A stretch of 64,000 bases of DNA from Deltaproteobacteria bacterium (GCA_033763315.1 JANRKS010000008.1:64001-128000); one strand, 5' to 3'; positions 18,659 through 28,105 are shown, counted from the stretch's first letter. Translations and numbers: made by a program. The notes: generated by a model from the sequence alone, not told the origin.

Positions 18659-20044
18659 TCAAAAGAGAGGGGGCTGGGGCGCTTGAGCCAACACCAACAA
18701 GCCGTCGACCGCGGAGCCTTTCTCCACACGAAGATGCACATGCTTGACCGTGGCGACCTGCAAGCCAGCCGCTTGCAGCACACTTTTCACATACGCCTCC
18801 GTTTGGCTGTAGCGGCCATGCGGATGCAAAACGTAACCCTGTTCGGAATCCGGGGCGCGTTCAACTGTGAAGCCCAATACGCCACCCGGTTTCAGTGACG
18901 CAGCCAAAGCCTGCACGGGTGGTTGCAGGTTGCCGAAATAGCAGAGCGTGTCTGCCGAGATCACCACATCGTAGGACGAAGGCCGCTTGGCAAAAAAGGC
19001 GGTGAGTTCATCCACGACCAGCTCATCATAGATGGGCCGTCCTTCGCTCTCCCTCTCCTTGGCCCGCGCCACCATCTTTTCAGATAGATCCACACCCACA
19101 AGCGTGCGCGCAAACGGCCGCAACAACGGCCCACACAAGCCCGTGCCGCAACCTGCGTCGGCAACGGCAAGGGTGCCAGACGTGGTGCCAAGATGTTCGT
19201 GTAGAGCATCGGCCAACAGCTGAGGCGCGCGGTACTGAAGTTTCTCGAGCACCTTATCGAAGCTGTTCGCAAAGCGATCAAAGGTTCCGGCCACATAAGC
19301 GTCTGACGCTCGTTCGGGAATGTGATCGTTCGTGCACGCCGCCAACATGTGCGCGGGATAGGGGTTCTCGGGTTCAATCTGCAGCCAGCGGCGGTACACG
19401 TCAGCCGCCTCCTCCACTTGCCCCACGGCGTAAAAGGCGGCCCCCAGGCCGCGGTACGAGTCGGCGTGCCGCGGGTGCAGAACCAGTGCCTGTTTGAACG
19501 CGGCCAAGGCTTCGATGTCTCGCTTTTGCTGCCGGTAGATGTTACCCAGCGTGTGGTAGGCCTCGGGGTGCTTGGGATCAAGCTCCAACGCCTTTTTCAC
19601 ACACTCCATCGCTTCATCGAGCTTGTCTTGCTCTTTAAGTGCCGCTGCCAAATTATTCCATGCATCGGCGTGGTTCGGTTCCAAAGTGATCACGTGCCGA
19701 TAGGCTTGGGCGGCCTTGTCGAACGCGTCGTTGATCGCAAGGATATTGCCAAGGTTGTTCCACGCCGCCGTGTAACGAGGAGCCACTTCAAGCGCACGCC
19801 GAATCAGGGACACACCGTCGTCGACGTGGCCCGTGTGGTACAGCGCCATGCCTTTGTAATGCAGGGCATCTGGTTGATCCGGAACCGCCGCCAAGACGCG
19901 ATCGCATATGGCGATGCCCGGGTTCACGTCACCCCCGCGTATGAGATCAATGGCCAACGCCAAAGCGTCAGTGACAGACATCTCACTTGGCAACGTGCGT
20001 GCGGCGGGCTCTTTCACTTCGGTGTTTTGCGACACGGGCCGCAC
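18659..20044 (-). CDS. TPR-repeat protein with C-terminal SAM-dependent methyltransferase
   Basis: Multiple TPRs (AWNNLG, AYHTLG), FDRFANSFD..L.Y.AP, DAGCGTGLCG, GVDLS. Confidence 0.88.
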   Translation of the reverse strand: MRPVSQNTEVKEPAARTLPSEMSVTDALALAIDLIRGGDVNPGIAICDRVLAAVPDQPDALHYKGMALYHTGHVDDGVSLIRRALEVAPRYTAAWNNLGNILAINDAFDKAAQAYRHVITLEPNHADAWNNLAAALKEQDKLDEAMECVKKALELDPKHPEAYHTLGNIYRQQKRDIEALAAFKQALVLHPRHADSYRGLGAAFYAVGQVEEAADVYRRWLQIEPENPYPAHMLAACTNDHIPERASDAYVAGTFDRFANSFDKVLEKLQYRAPQLLADALHEHLGTTSGTLAVADAGCGTGLCGPLLRPFARTLVGVDLSEKMVARAKERESEGRPIYDELVVDELTAFFAKRPSSYDVVISADTLCYFGNLQPPVQALAASLKPGGVLGFTVERAPDSEQGYVLHPHGRYSQTEAYVKSVLQAAGLQVATVKHVHLRVEKGSAVDGLLVLAQAPQPPLF

Positions 20045-20122
20045 ATTATCACTTTTTGGGCCCAGGCAAACGCGCCTTGGATCGGGCCAGCAAACGCCCC
20101 GCCACGGGTGTAGATTCAGGCC

Positions 20123-21202
20123 GTGAGCTGCATTTCCTCAATCCAGCACCAAGTTCTCGACGTCCCCTTGCTTGAGCCCTTTGGCATCGCCACGGGGGCG
20201 CAGCTCGTGGCGCAAAATGTGCTTGTGAAGGTCACGCTCGAAGATGGCACGGTGGGCTTGGGCGAAGCGGCCCCATTTCCCGCAGTGAATGGCGAAAACC
20301 AAGCGCAGGTGCTGGCCACCTTGCCCGCCCTGGCCACCAGACTAACGGGCCAATCGATTCTGAAACTGCGGCCCTTGGCAGAGCAAGCGCGCGGCGTTTT
20401 ATCCACCACACCCAGCGCGCTCGCCGCCGCCGAGATGGCGTTGCTCGATGCCTGGGCCAAACGAGCGAATGTGCCTATGTGGTCGTTCTTTGGTGGCAGC
20501 GAAACCGCCTTGCGCACCGATATCACCATCGTGACAGGCAGCGTGGCGCACGCCATCGACGCCGCCCAGCGCGCGTCTGCAGCGGGCTTTGATTTGTTGA
20601 AGCTAAAAATTGGCGGCGCGGATTTGGATCACGATCTCGCCCGCGTCCGCGCCATTGCAGCCACATGCCCGCAGGCCCGCTTCATCTTGGACGCCAACGC
20701 CAGTTTCACATCCGATGAAGCTTTGACCATGCTGTCCGCGCTTGGCGATCTTGTGGGTCGCGTGGTGCTGTTTGAACAACCAACGGCGGCGGGCAACATC
20801 GATGAACTGGCGCGCGTCACACGCGATGGTGGTGTGCTGGTGGCTGCTGATGAAAGCGCACGTTCAGTGGCCGACGTGGTGGCGATCGCAAAACACAACG
20901 CCGCCCAGGTGATCAACATTAAGACAATGAAGACGGGTGTGTTTGCGGCTTGGGACATGATGGTGGCCGCGCGTGCGTTCGGTTTGCAACTGATGGTGGG
21001 GGGCATGGTTGAAACCGAGCTGTCGATGAGCGTCAGTGCCTGCTTGGGCGGCGGGTTCGGCGGTGTGCGATTCTTCGATCTCGACACACCGTTGTTCATG
21101 GGCCCGCGCCCTTTGGTGGGCGGGTTCGTTCAGCAGGGGCCCGCGATTGACCTGCGCGGCATTGTTGCGGGGCACGGTGTGAGACAGCCCGCCGAGCGTT
21201 AA
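20123..21202 (+). CDS. Dipeptide epimerase (L-Ala-D/L-Glu epimerase, enolase superfamily)
   Basis: GLGEAAP, KLKIG (KxK), LDAN, FEQP, ADES, NIK.MK.G, DLD. Confidence 0.85.
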   Translation: MSCISSIQHQVLDVPLLEPFGIATGAQLVAQNVLVKVTLEDGTVGLGEAAPFPAVNGENQAQVLATLPALATRLTGQSILKLRPLAEQARGVLSTTPSALAAAEMALLDAWAKRANVPMWSFFGGSETALRTDITIVTGSVAHAIDAAQRASAAGFDLLKLKIGGADLDHDLARVRAIAATCPQARFILDANASFTSDEALTMLSALGDLVGRVVLFEQPTAAGNIDELARVTRDGGVLVAADESARSVADVVAIAKHNAAQVINIKTMKTGVFAAWDMMVAARAFGLQLMVGGMVETELSMSVSACLGGGFGGVRFFDLDTPLFMGPRPLVGGFVQQGPAIDLRGIVAGHGVRQPAER

Positions 21203-21205
21203 ACG

Positions 21206-21247
21206 CGCGAGGGGCTCACGACGCTCGATCGGTCGTGAGCCCTCGCG
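21206..21247. terminator. Long hairpin between convergent genes
   Basis: CGCGAGGGGCTCACGAC-9 nt loop-GTCGTGAGCCCTCGCG, a 16-bp stem with one bulge. Confidence 0.65.
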
Positions 21248-21275
21248 ACAAAGTTAAGCTAAAGCAACGCGCACT

Positions 21276-21857
21276 TCACTTCTTAGGCGGCAAAGGCAGC
21301 TCAGGTTTGCCCGCCACGTAATCAGTACAGACGTAGTAATCGATGCAGCCGTCACCGTCGCGATCTTCAAAGTACGGCTTGGCACAACCATCAGACGGCG
21401 GCAGGGGCTTGCACATGGTGGGCTCTTTGTCGTCCGGGCCGCCGACCGGCTCTCCCTGTTGATCGAGGCACGCGAAGTAGTCAATGCAACCGTCGTTGTC
21501 ACGATCTTCGATCAATGGCTTGCTGCAGCCGTCGAGCAACTCTTTGGGGAAGGGTTTGCACTCTGTTGGGTCTTTGTCGCCGGTGTAATCGGCGCACGTG
21601 TAAAGGTCGATGCAGCCGTCGCCGTCGCGATCTTCCCAACGAGGATCCATGCATTTGGCAGCAGCGGCTCTCTCCTCATCAAGCGGCTTGCACTTCTGGG
21701 CCGGTTCCATCCCGTCATTGCCGTCGGAACCGCCACTGCCCTGGCCGTAGCCGCCCTTGAGTGCGCCTTGCCTCACGGCGTCGGACACCAGCTCACAAGC
21801 CGGTGAGAAACAAAGCGGTGCCACGATGGCGGCCATCCAGAAACTCCGTTTAAGCAT
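21276..21857 (-). CDS. Lipoprotein with three Cys-rich EDRDxDGCID repeats
   Basis: RBS AAGGAG, lipobox SPAC, three repeats of C-K-P..C..P..EDRD[GN]DGCID..C. Confidence 0.8.
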   Translation of the reverse strand: MLKRSFWMAAIVAPLCFSPACELVSDAVRQGALKGGYGQGSGGSDGNDGMEPAQKCKPLDEERAAAAKCMDPRWEDRDGDGCIDLYTCADYTGDKDPTECKPFPKELLDGCSKPLIEDRDNDGCIDYFACLDQQGEPVGGPDDKEPTMCKPLPPSDGCAKPYFEDRDGDGCIDYYVCTDYVAGKPELPLPPKK

Positions 21858-21950
21858 TTTGACTTCTCCTTGTCAGGACGTTGAACGGCGGGCGCGAGGC
21901 AAATGTAGGTGACGTTTTCCCGCCCTGGCCTGCCGCGTTTTCAAGGACGG

Positions 21951-21979
21951 AGACGAACCAGACGGCCGCACGGCTCAGC
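21951..21979 (-). promoter_or_regulatory. Candidate ECF promoter TGAGCC-N16-CGTCT for the repeat lipoprotein
   Basis: Minus strand GCTGAGCC gtgcggccgtctggtt CGTCTCC. Same architecture as the motif at 22080. Confidence 0.65.
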
Positions 21980-22077
21980 TTTTTTGAGGAAATTGCCGTG
22001 GTTGAGCTCGCGAAAGCGCCCGTCTGGCCGCTCGATGGATTGGCGCCTAGCATTTTTATCGCCATCCTTTAAAGAAG

Positions 22078-22108
22078 GCTGAGCCGCGCCGGCCCCTTGA
22101 GCGTCTCC
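22078..22108 (+). promoter_or_regulatory. Candidate autoregulatory ECF promoter TGAGCC-N16-CGTCT
   Basis: GCTGAGCC gcgccggccccttgag CGTCTCC just upstream of the sigma gene. Confidence 0.65.
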
Positions 22109-22121
22109 CCCGGGTAGCCCC

Positions 22122-22781
22122 GTGAACCGCCCTTTATCTCCCCCAAGCCCGCTGCATTTGGTTCGCACCAATGCCCCCGTCGCCTCGGCCATGGACGACG
22201 CCGAGATGGTATCGGGCGTGCTGCGCGGCGACCCGCAGGCCGCAGGCGCTTTGTGGGATCATTACATGCCTCTCGTGCGCGGCTTGATGGCCAAAACTCT
22301 GGGCAGCCGGTGTGAAGTGGACGATGGCGTTCAGGATGTGTTCTTGAAGTTGTTCAAAGGGCTTCCGCAGTTGCGCCAGGTTGAATCGCTGCGCAGCTAC
22401 ATCGTGGCCACTACGTTAACCACCGTTCGTTCCGAGTTGCGTAAACGCAAGCTGCGCCGCCTGTTTGGTTTCGAAACACAATGGCAAGAGCTACCGGAAG
22501 TGGCCGTCGCGCCCGCGGATGTGAGCACGCGCCAGGCGCTTCGGCGGCTTGAACAGGCGTTAGATCGATTGTCGCCCGACGATCGCCTCGCGTTTTGCCT
22601 GCGCTACGTGGAAGCCATGGAGTTGACCGAAGTGGCGGCGGCCACGGGATGGTCATTGGCCAGCACAAAGCGATACTTGGCTCGCGCCAAGAAACGCTTG
22701 TGGATCTTGGTTCACAAAGATCCCGAACTGGCCCCCTATTTAGATAAGGCCGCAGAGCATGCGGAGAAGGAATCGCAATGA
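22122..22781 (+). CDS. ECF RNA polymerase sigma-70 factor
   Basis: Region 2 DDGVQDVFL..LRSYI. Region 4 ALDRLSPDDRLAFCLRYVEAMELTEVAAATG.S.ASTK..LARA. Confidence 0.9.
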   Translation: MNRPLSPPSPLHLVRTNAPVASAMDDAEMVSGVLRGDPQAAGALWDHYMPLVRGLMAKTLGSRCEVDDGVQDVFLKLFKGLPQLRQVESLRSYIVATTLTTVRSELRKRKLRRLFGFETQWQELPEVAVAPADVSTRQALRRLEQALDRLSPDDRLAFCLRYVEAMELTEVAAATGWSLASTKRYLARAKKRLWILVHKDPELAPYLDKAAEHAEKESQ

Positions 22782-24208
22782 AACGCTCACCGCACGAGCC
22801 TTTGCGCGATGACGAACAAGAGCGCACGCTCAAAGCGCTGGCCGATCTCATGCGCGCGGGTGCCACGCCGCCTCCGACGTCACAACACCTGCGCTGGCGC
22901 ATGCTGCAAGCATGGCAACAAGACGCGCGACCAAATCGTCGTCGCTTGGTGTTCACGTGGGCACCTTTGGCGGCGGCCTGCGTTCTGGCTGTGTTCGTGG
23001 GTTGGCAATGGCACACAACACACGCCGCGCTGCAAGTGGTCGCGACCCGCGGGGGCAGTTCTACGCAGCCAAGCATTGGTGCCATGATGCCCGAGGGCAC
23101 CGAACTGCGTTTTTCAGAAGGCACAATCGCTTTGGTGCAGGCGAAGAGCCGCGCCATGGTTTCACGTTTGGATGCCCACGGCGCCACGGTCACGCTGGCG
23201 GATGGTGCGTTGCACCTCAACGTGGTGAAGCGCCCGCAGGCCGCCTGGCGTGTGCAAGCGGGGCCGTATCTGGTGCAGGTCACGGGCACGCGGTTCGACG
23301 TCCGTTGGGATGAAGCGCACAAACAATTTCAGATCGATCTGCAAGAAGGCAGCGTACGCGTGTCGGGCCCCGCCCTCAGCACGCCGCAAGCGCTCACGGC
23401 CGGGCACACACTGCGGGTGGACGGCGAGAAGGCGGCGATGACGATCACGCCCTTGCGCATGGAAACGTCCGGACCGATGGCGCCCCCGGTGCCACGCGCG
23501 CCTCCAGCCGGCGCCACACCGGCTGTCGTAACGCCATCACTGCCGCGGCCACGACGGGTGGCTTATGTGGCTGACCACGAGCGTGTGCCCAACGCATCCG
23601 CCATGGCAGCCGCCCCACAAAACACTGAGCCCCAGGCGCGGATAGAGGCGCCCACCCTTGCACCCGCGCCTGCCAATTTGCCGCCGCTGGAACCAGCGCC
23701 GCCGCCCGCACCGCCGCCTAAGCCACCCGCAACTTGGGCCACATGGTTGCAGGCGGGCGACTTCGCTGCGATTGTGAGCGATGCCGAGCGGCAGCAAGTA
23801 GACACGGTGGTTGCCGAGCGGCCGTTGGCGGATCTGCAAGCGTTGGCTGACGCCGGCCGCTACACGGGCAACGCGGCGGTGGCCCGCAAAGCGTTGCAGG
23901 CATTGCGCACACGCTTTGCTGACAGCGCGGCCGCACAAAAGGCCGCATTCGAATTGGGCCGTCTTGAAGACGATCACGCGCACGCCCCCGCGCGCGCGGT
24001 GCCTTGGTACGTGCGCTATCTTTCCGAATCACCACGAGGTGCCTTCGCCGAGGATGCGCTCGTGCGTTTAATGATGGCACATACGTCGCTCAAGCAGCAT
24101 GATTTGGCCGCGTTGGACGCTGATAAGTATCTGCAACTTTATCCCACGGGAAGCCACAGTGACCTCGCCAAGAAAGTCCTGCGGCGCGCGCCCGGCAGCC
24201 CCCGTTGA
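22778..24208 (+). CDS. FecR-domain anti-sigma factor with Pro-rich linker and C-terminal TPR-like domain
   Basis: One TM, FecR motif LRFSEGT..VQVTGTRFDV..LQEGSVRV, C-terminal YL..P.G repeats. ATGA overlap with the sigma gene. Confidence 0.85.
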   Translation: MKRSPHEPLRDDEQERTLKALADLMRAGATPPPTSQHLRWRMLQAWQQDARPNRRRLVFTWAPLAAACVLAVFVGWQWHTTHAALQVVATRGGSSTQPSIGAMMPEGTELRFSEGTIALVQAKSRAMVSRLDAHGATVTLADGALHLNVVKRPQAAWRVQAGPYLVQVTGTRFDVRWDEAHKQFQIDLQEGSVRVSGPALSTPQALTAGHTLRVDGEKAAMTITPLRMETSGPMAPPVPRAPPAGATPAVVTPSLPRPRRVAYVADHERVPNASAMAAAPQNTEPQARIEAPTLAPAPANLPPLEPAPPPAPPPKPPATWATWLQAGDFAAIVSDAERQQVDTVVAERPLADLQALADAGRYTGNAAVARKALQALRTRFADSAAAQKAAFELGRLEDDHAHAPARAVPWYVRYLSESPRGAFAEDALVRLMMAHTSLKQHDLAALDADKYLQLYPTGSHSDLAKKVLRRAPGSPR

Positions 24209-25212
24209 TGCGCGGGCTTGGTTGGCATAGTTGTGTGTTGGCCGTGCTGCTTGCGTCACGGGTGGTGCATGCGCAAGCGGAGGCGCTTCCGTCGATCGTC
24301 TTGTCTGCCGCGCCCGATGTACCTTTGGGATTGGTCGCGCGCATGCGCGGTGAACTTACAGCGGCGGGTTTGCCACTTGGCTCCGGATTGCCGGGCCGGC
24401 AAAATGGTGGGGCGCGCGTTTCGATCGTGATTCGACAAACAGGCGGCGAACTCATCGCCGAACTTGAGGCCATCGACGAAACGGGCGCCACGCAGATGCG
24501 TGCGCTCAGTGTGCCGTTTGTGCCCGGCGACGCCGCCGATGTGGCGGAAGCCGGAAGTGAACTCGCCGTGCGCACGACAGAAGTCCTGCGAACACAATTG
24601 ACCTCTCGCACCCTGGATCTGGAGCCTTCGGCGGTGACTTCGCCCCCGAAGATCAACGTCATCGCAGCCAAAGCTTCCCCCGAAAAAACAAAGACGGCGC
24701 CACCACCGTGGTTGCTGAGCGCCGGGGCTGGGGTCGTGTCAGGTTTCATTTCTGGCCAAACACAGGTCACCACTGAATTGAACGCGGTTCACGTATGGCG
24801 TTCGGGCTTCTTCACGGGTCTGGCTTTCCTGCTGCCCTTTACACCGACGTCGTTGTCGAAAGAACAAGGCACGATTTCAGCCGAGGCTTACGTGGCGACA
24901 GTGGATGGCGGTTTCACTCGCAGCAGCGGGCGATGGCGCTGGTCGGGATTGGCCAGCGCCGGGTTGGCCGTGACGAACGTTGACGGAAATGCGATCGCTT
25001 CGTTCGTCTCGAACAAGGAGACCACATACGCGTTCGTGGCCGCCGCGGGCGGCAACGTGGGTGTCACGGTTGCCCCTCACGTGATGCTGTTGTTGCAGGC
25101 ACGCCTTATGACGTTGCAGCCACGGCCAGGCATTCGTGTGGCGGCCATGAACACAAGCACCGCGGCGTGGGTGTTGCCATCCGCCAGCGTAGCTTTGGGG
25201 GTGTCATGGTGA
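24208..25212 (+). CDS. Hypothetical exported protein (periplasmic N-domain plus probable beta-barrel)
   Basis: Signal peptide, amphipathic strands, terminal ALGVSW. Translationally coupled to the FecR gene. Confidence 0.6.
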   Translation: MRGLGWHSCVLAVLLASRVVHAQAEALPSIVLSAAPDVPLGLVARMRGELTAAGLPLGSGLPGRQNGGARVSIVIRQTGGELIAELEAIDETGATQMRALSVPFVPGDAADVAEAGSELAVRTTEVLRTQLTSRTLDLEPSAVTSPPKINVIAAKASPEKTKTAPPPWLLSAGAGVVSGFISGQTQVTTELNAVHVWRSGFFTGLAFLLPFTPTSLSKEQGTISAEAYVATVDGGFTRSSGRWRWSGLASAGLAVTNVDGNAIASFVSNKETTYAFVAAAGGNVGVTVAPHVMLLLQARLMTLQPRPGIRVAAMNTSTAAWVLPSASVALGVSW

Positions 25213-26468
25213 AGAGCAACCTGTGGTTGACGGCCGCCGTCGTGGGCGCGGCGGCGTGTACAAACTATGTGGACGCCATCTTGCCGCGCACGACGGCCGA
25301 CGGTGGCACGAAGGTCGACGTTGGGACCAAGATGGATGTGGATTCGGCGGAGAAGCCACTCATTTCGCTTGATTCACGCTTCGGCCAAGACGGAACGTTC
25401 TCCCTTGCGGTCTCGGCAAACGATGAAGTTGCGGATGCGTTCATCGGTCCCAATGGCACGACCTACGTGCTGCTAAAAGAAAGCTGCACTTTGGTGGCTG
25501 TGACAGGGAATGGCGTATTGGACGCCACGTTCGGCAAAGGTGGCGTGCTGCGCGCCGAACCAACCTGTGTGGCCCAGCGCTTGACCCTCGACCGGCAGAA
25601 CAAACGCATCCTTGTCATCACCAAGGGCAGCCCCAATTCGATCATGTTTGCGCACAACCTGGACGGCTCCCCAAGCGTCACATTGGCGGATGGAGACAAG
25701 GTAAAGATCGACTTCTCCAATGTGAGCAGTGTGCTCCCCACCCGCAATGGATTTCTGATTGCGGGGATGGGCACCAATATGGCTGGCGTGGTGGTAGGAG
25801 CCTTTGATGTGAAGGGAATTATGCTGAATCGCGAAACGGTCTCGCTCGCCGACGCGTCGAGCAAGGCGTACGTCTATAGCGTTGACGATGGCACAACGTT
25901 TGTTTTAAACGGCACGCGTAGTGCCGATGGGTTGCCGATCATGGATCTGGCAATCACCTCCGCCACCGAGTTCGCGAAACTGGGTTCGACCATGACGTTC
26001 AATCCGCTCGGCATCACGGGAAGTGCGCTGGCCTCACTCACCACCGCGACGAGGGGTTTCGGCGACCAACCCTTGGTCTTGGGCGAAGGTTGGCGCAAGG
26101 ACGCTCCGATGGATCAGCTGCCAATGATTTGGGCCCCCACTGACATGAAGTTCGGTGACAGGGGCGTCACAACGCTGCCTCACGGCATGACGACGGTCTA
26201 CGTCGACCTTGCGTTTGGGCCCGGACTCACCGCTGTGGTGGGCAGCGACGGGATAATGGGTGAACAACGGCCTGCGCTCACGCTGCTGGACGGCCAAGGC
26301 AATCTTGATCCACACGTTGCTAAAACAGGCTTTTTTACCCTGCCCTTCGCAGATCCCAGCGCCGCCGCCAAAGTGCTTTTCGCAAATGATGGGGCCATCT
26401 TGGTTTTGGGAAACATCGGCTTCCAAGGAAAAGCGAGCTTGTTTATAAGCCGGCTGGTTTTGAATTAG
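25206..26468 (+). CDS. Lipoprotein with delta-60-like beta-propeller repeats
   Basis: Lipobox AAAC. Repeats LDSRFGQDG, GVLDATFGKGG and GNLDPHVAKTG. Confidence 0.65.
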   Translation: MVKSNLWLTAAVVGAAACTNYVDAILPRTTADGGTKVDVGTKMDVDSAEKPLISLDSRFGQDGTFSLAVSANDEVADAFIGPNGTTYVLLKESCTLVAVTGNGVLDATFGKGGVLRAEPTCVAQRLTLDRQNKRILVITKGSPNSIMFAHNLDGSPSVTLADGDKVKIDFSNVSSVLPTRNGFLIAGMGTNMAGVVVGAFDVKGIMLNRETVSLADASSKAYVYSVDDGTTFVLNGTRSADGLPIMDLAITSATEFAKLGSTMTFNPLGITGSALASLTTATRGFGDQPLVLGEGWRKDAPMDQLPMIWAPTDMKFGDRGVTTLPHGMTTVYVDLAFGPGLTAVVGSDGIMGEQRPALTLLDGQGNLDPHVAKTGFFTLPFADPSAAAKVLFANDGAILVLGNIGFQGKASLFISRLVLN

Positions 26469-26521
26469 CGTTCTTTTCGCACGTGCAGCGGCGCTGCATC
26501 CCACCGGACGTTACTTTGTGG

Positions 26522-26565
26522 GGTGTTGTCGCCCACACAACACCTGTTGTGCGCGACGCGACAGG
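26522..26565. promoter_or_regulatory. Tandem palindromes TGTyGy-N7-rCrACA (candidate enhancer-binding protein sites)
   Basis: GGTGTTGT-N7-ACAACACC (perfect) and CCTGTTGT-N7-GCGACAGG, 21 bp apart. Confidence 0.55.
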
Positions 26566-26603
26566 TCTGGCCAGGCCGGACACGAATTCATTGCGGAATT
26601 TGG

Positions 26604-26619
26604 TGGCACGCGGGCTGCA
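26604..26619 (+). promoter_or_regulatory. Sigma54 (-24/-12) promoter
   Basis: TGGCACG-CGGG-CTGCA versus consensus TGGCACG-N4-TTGCW, with correct GG-N10-GC spacing. Confidence 0.65.
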
Positions 26620-26689
26620 AAAGGAGCCCGCGCCCGCCTTCAATTCCGAAAAGCGGCAAGTCAGCGTTCAGTTCAATGGAGTCGATCGA

Positions 26690-28105
26690 ATGAAACGTGG
26701 CAGGGGCGGAGTTCTCAAGGGGCACGAGGACGCGGCGGGAGCTTTTCAACGAGTCATCGACGTTGTTGTCATCGCCGCGGCGCACGCGGCGGCGTGCAGC
26801 CTTTACGGCGAGACGTGGCGCCCAGCCCTGACGACGGCCACCGCCGTCGCCCTGGTGCTCTTTGGGTTCGTCTCGGAATCCCGCGGCCTTTACAGGGCTT
26901 ACCGCAATGAACGGCTGGTCAAAGAAGTCAGCGCCGTGGCGTGGACTTGGGCGTTGGTGGCGCCGCTGTTGGTGTTTGCGGCCTTTATCACGAAAACGTC
27001 GACGTCCTATTCACGCGTCATCACGCTCAGTTGGTTCTTTGCCGCAATGCTGGGGCTTTCACTGGTTCGCATTGGCGTGCGATTGGTGTTGCGCAAACTG
27101 CGCGGCATGGGGCACGACACCCGAACTTACGCGGTACTTGGAGCCACTGAAGCGGCCGAGCGTGTGATCACAGCGTTCGCTGAGCGACCGTGGACAGGCA
27201 ATCGGCTGGTGGGCGTGTATGACGATCGCACAGCGGATCGCCATCACAATTTCACCAAGGTGAACCCGGGGCCTGTGCGAGGCGGGTTGGCTTTACTATT
27301 GAAGGAAGCCCGCGAAGGCAAGATTGATTCGATCTACATCGCGTTCCCGCTGCGCGCGGAGGCCCGCGTGGGCGAGATCTTGCGAGCCTTGGCCGATACC
27401 ACCGTCACCGTTCATATGGTGGCTGATTTCTATACGTTCGATTTGCTGCATGGCCGCTGGGGGCAAGTGGGATCCCTGCCGGTGGTCAGCATCTATGATT
27501 CGCCATTCTCGGGGAACAACGGTTGGGTCAAACGGCTTGAGGACATCGTGCTCGGCTCAATCATTCTGGCGATCATAGCCATTCCAATGCTGGCTGTGGC
27601 GGCCGCCATAAAATTGACGTCCCCTGGTCCCGTGTTTTTCCGACAACGACGCTACGGCCTCAACGGTAAGGAGATTCGTGTTTTGAAGTTTCGCAGCATG
27701 ACCGTTGCTGAAGATGGGGCCAAAGTGGTGCAAGCCACCAAAGGCGACAAACGCGTGACGACCGTAGGCCGTTTCATTCGCCGCACATCCTTAGATGAGC
27801 TTCCCCAGTTTCTGCAAGTCATCACGGGCCAAATGTCGATCGTGGGGCCTCGGCCACACGCGGTGGCCCACAACGAAGAATACCGCGCGCTCATTCAAGG
27901 ATATATGTTGCGCCACAAGGTGAAACCGGGAATCACAGGCTGGGCACAGGTCAACGGCTTTCGCGGTGAAACCGACCAGATCGAAAAGATGGAAGGCCGC
28001 GTGGCGCATGACCTCGACTACATCAACAACTGGCACTTTTTGTTCGACCTGAAGATCATCTTCCTCACGATCTTTGGTTCAAAGACGCGCAGCAACGCTC
28101 AGTGA
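26690..28105 (+). CDS. wcaJ: Undecaprenyl-phosphate glucose phosphotransferase
   Basis: Four N-terminal TMs, KRLEDI, GPVFFRQRRYG, KFRSM, DELPQF, MSIVGPRP, VKPGITGWAQVNG. Confidence 0.9.
   Translation: MKRGRGGVLKGHEDAAGAFQRVIDVVVIAAAHAAACSLYGETWRPALTTATAVALVLFGFVSESRGLYRAYRNERLVKEVSAVAWTWALVAPLLVFAAFITKTSTSYSRVITLSWFFAAMLGLSLVRIGVRLVLRKLRGMGHDTRTYAVLGATEAAERVITAFAERPWTGNRLVGVYDDRTADRHHNFTKVNPGPVRGGLALLLKEAREGKIDSIYIAFPLRAEARVGEILRALADTTVTVHMVADFYTFDLLHGRWGQVGSLPVVSIYDSPFSGNNGWVKRLEDIVLGSIILAIIAIPMLAVAAAIKLTSPGPVFFRQRRYGLNGKEIRVLKFRSMTVAEDGAKVVQATKGDKRVTTVGRFIRRTSLDELPQFLQVITGQMSIVGPRPHAVAHNEEYRALIQGYMLRHKVKPGITGWAQVNGFRGETDQIEKMEGRVAHDLDYINNWHFLFDLKIIFLTIFGSKTRSNAQ

Noticed and set aside
21330-21640. 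Spaced direct repeats as a CRISPR-like array
   Set aside because: The repeats are in-frame protein repeats with synonymous variation and about 100-bp gaps. No cas genes are present.
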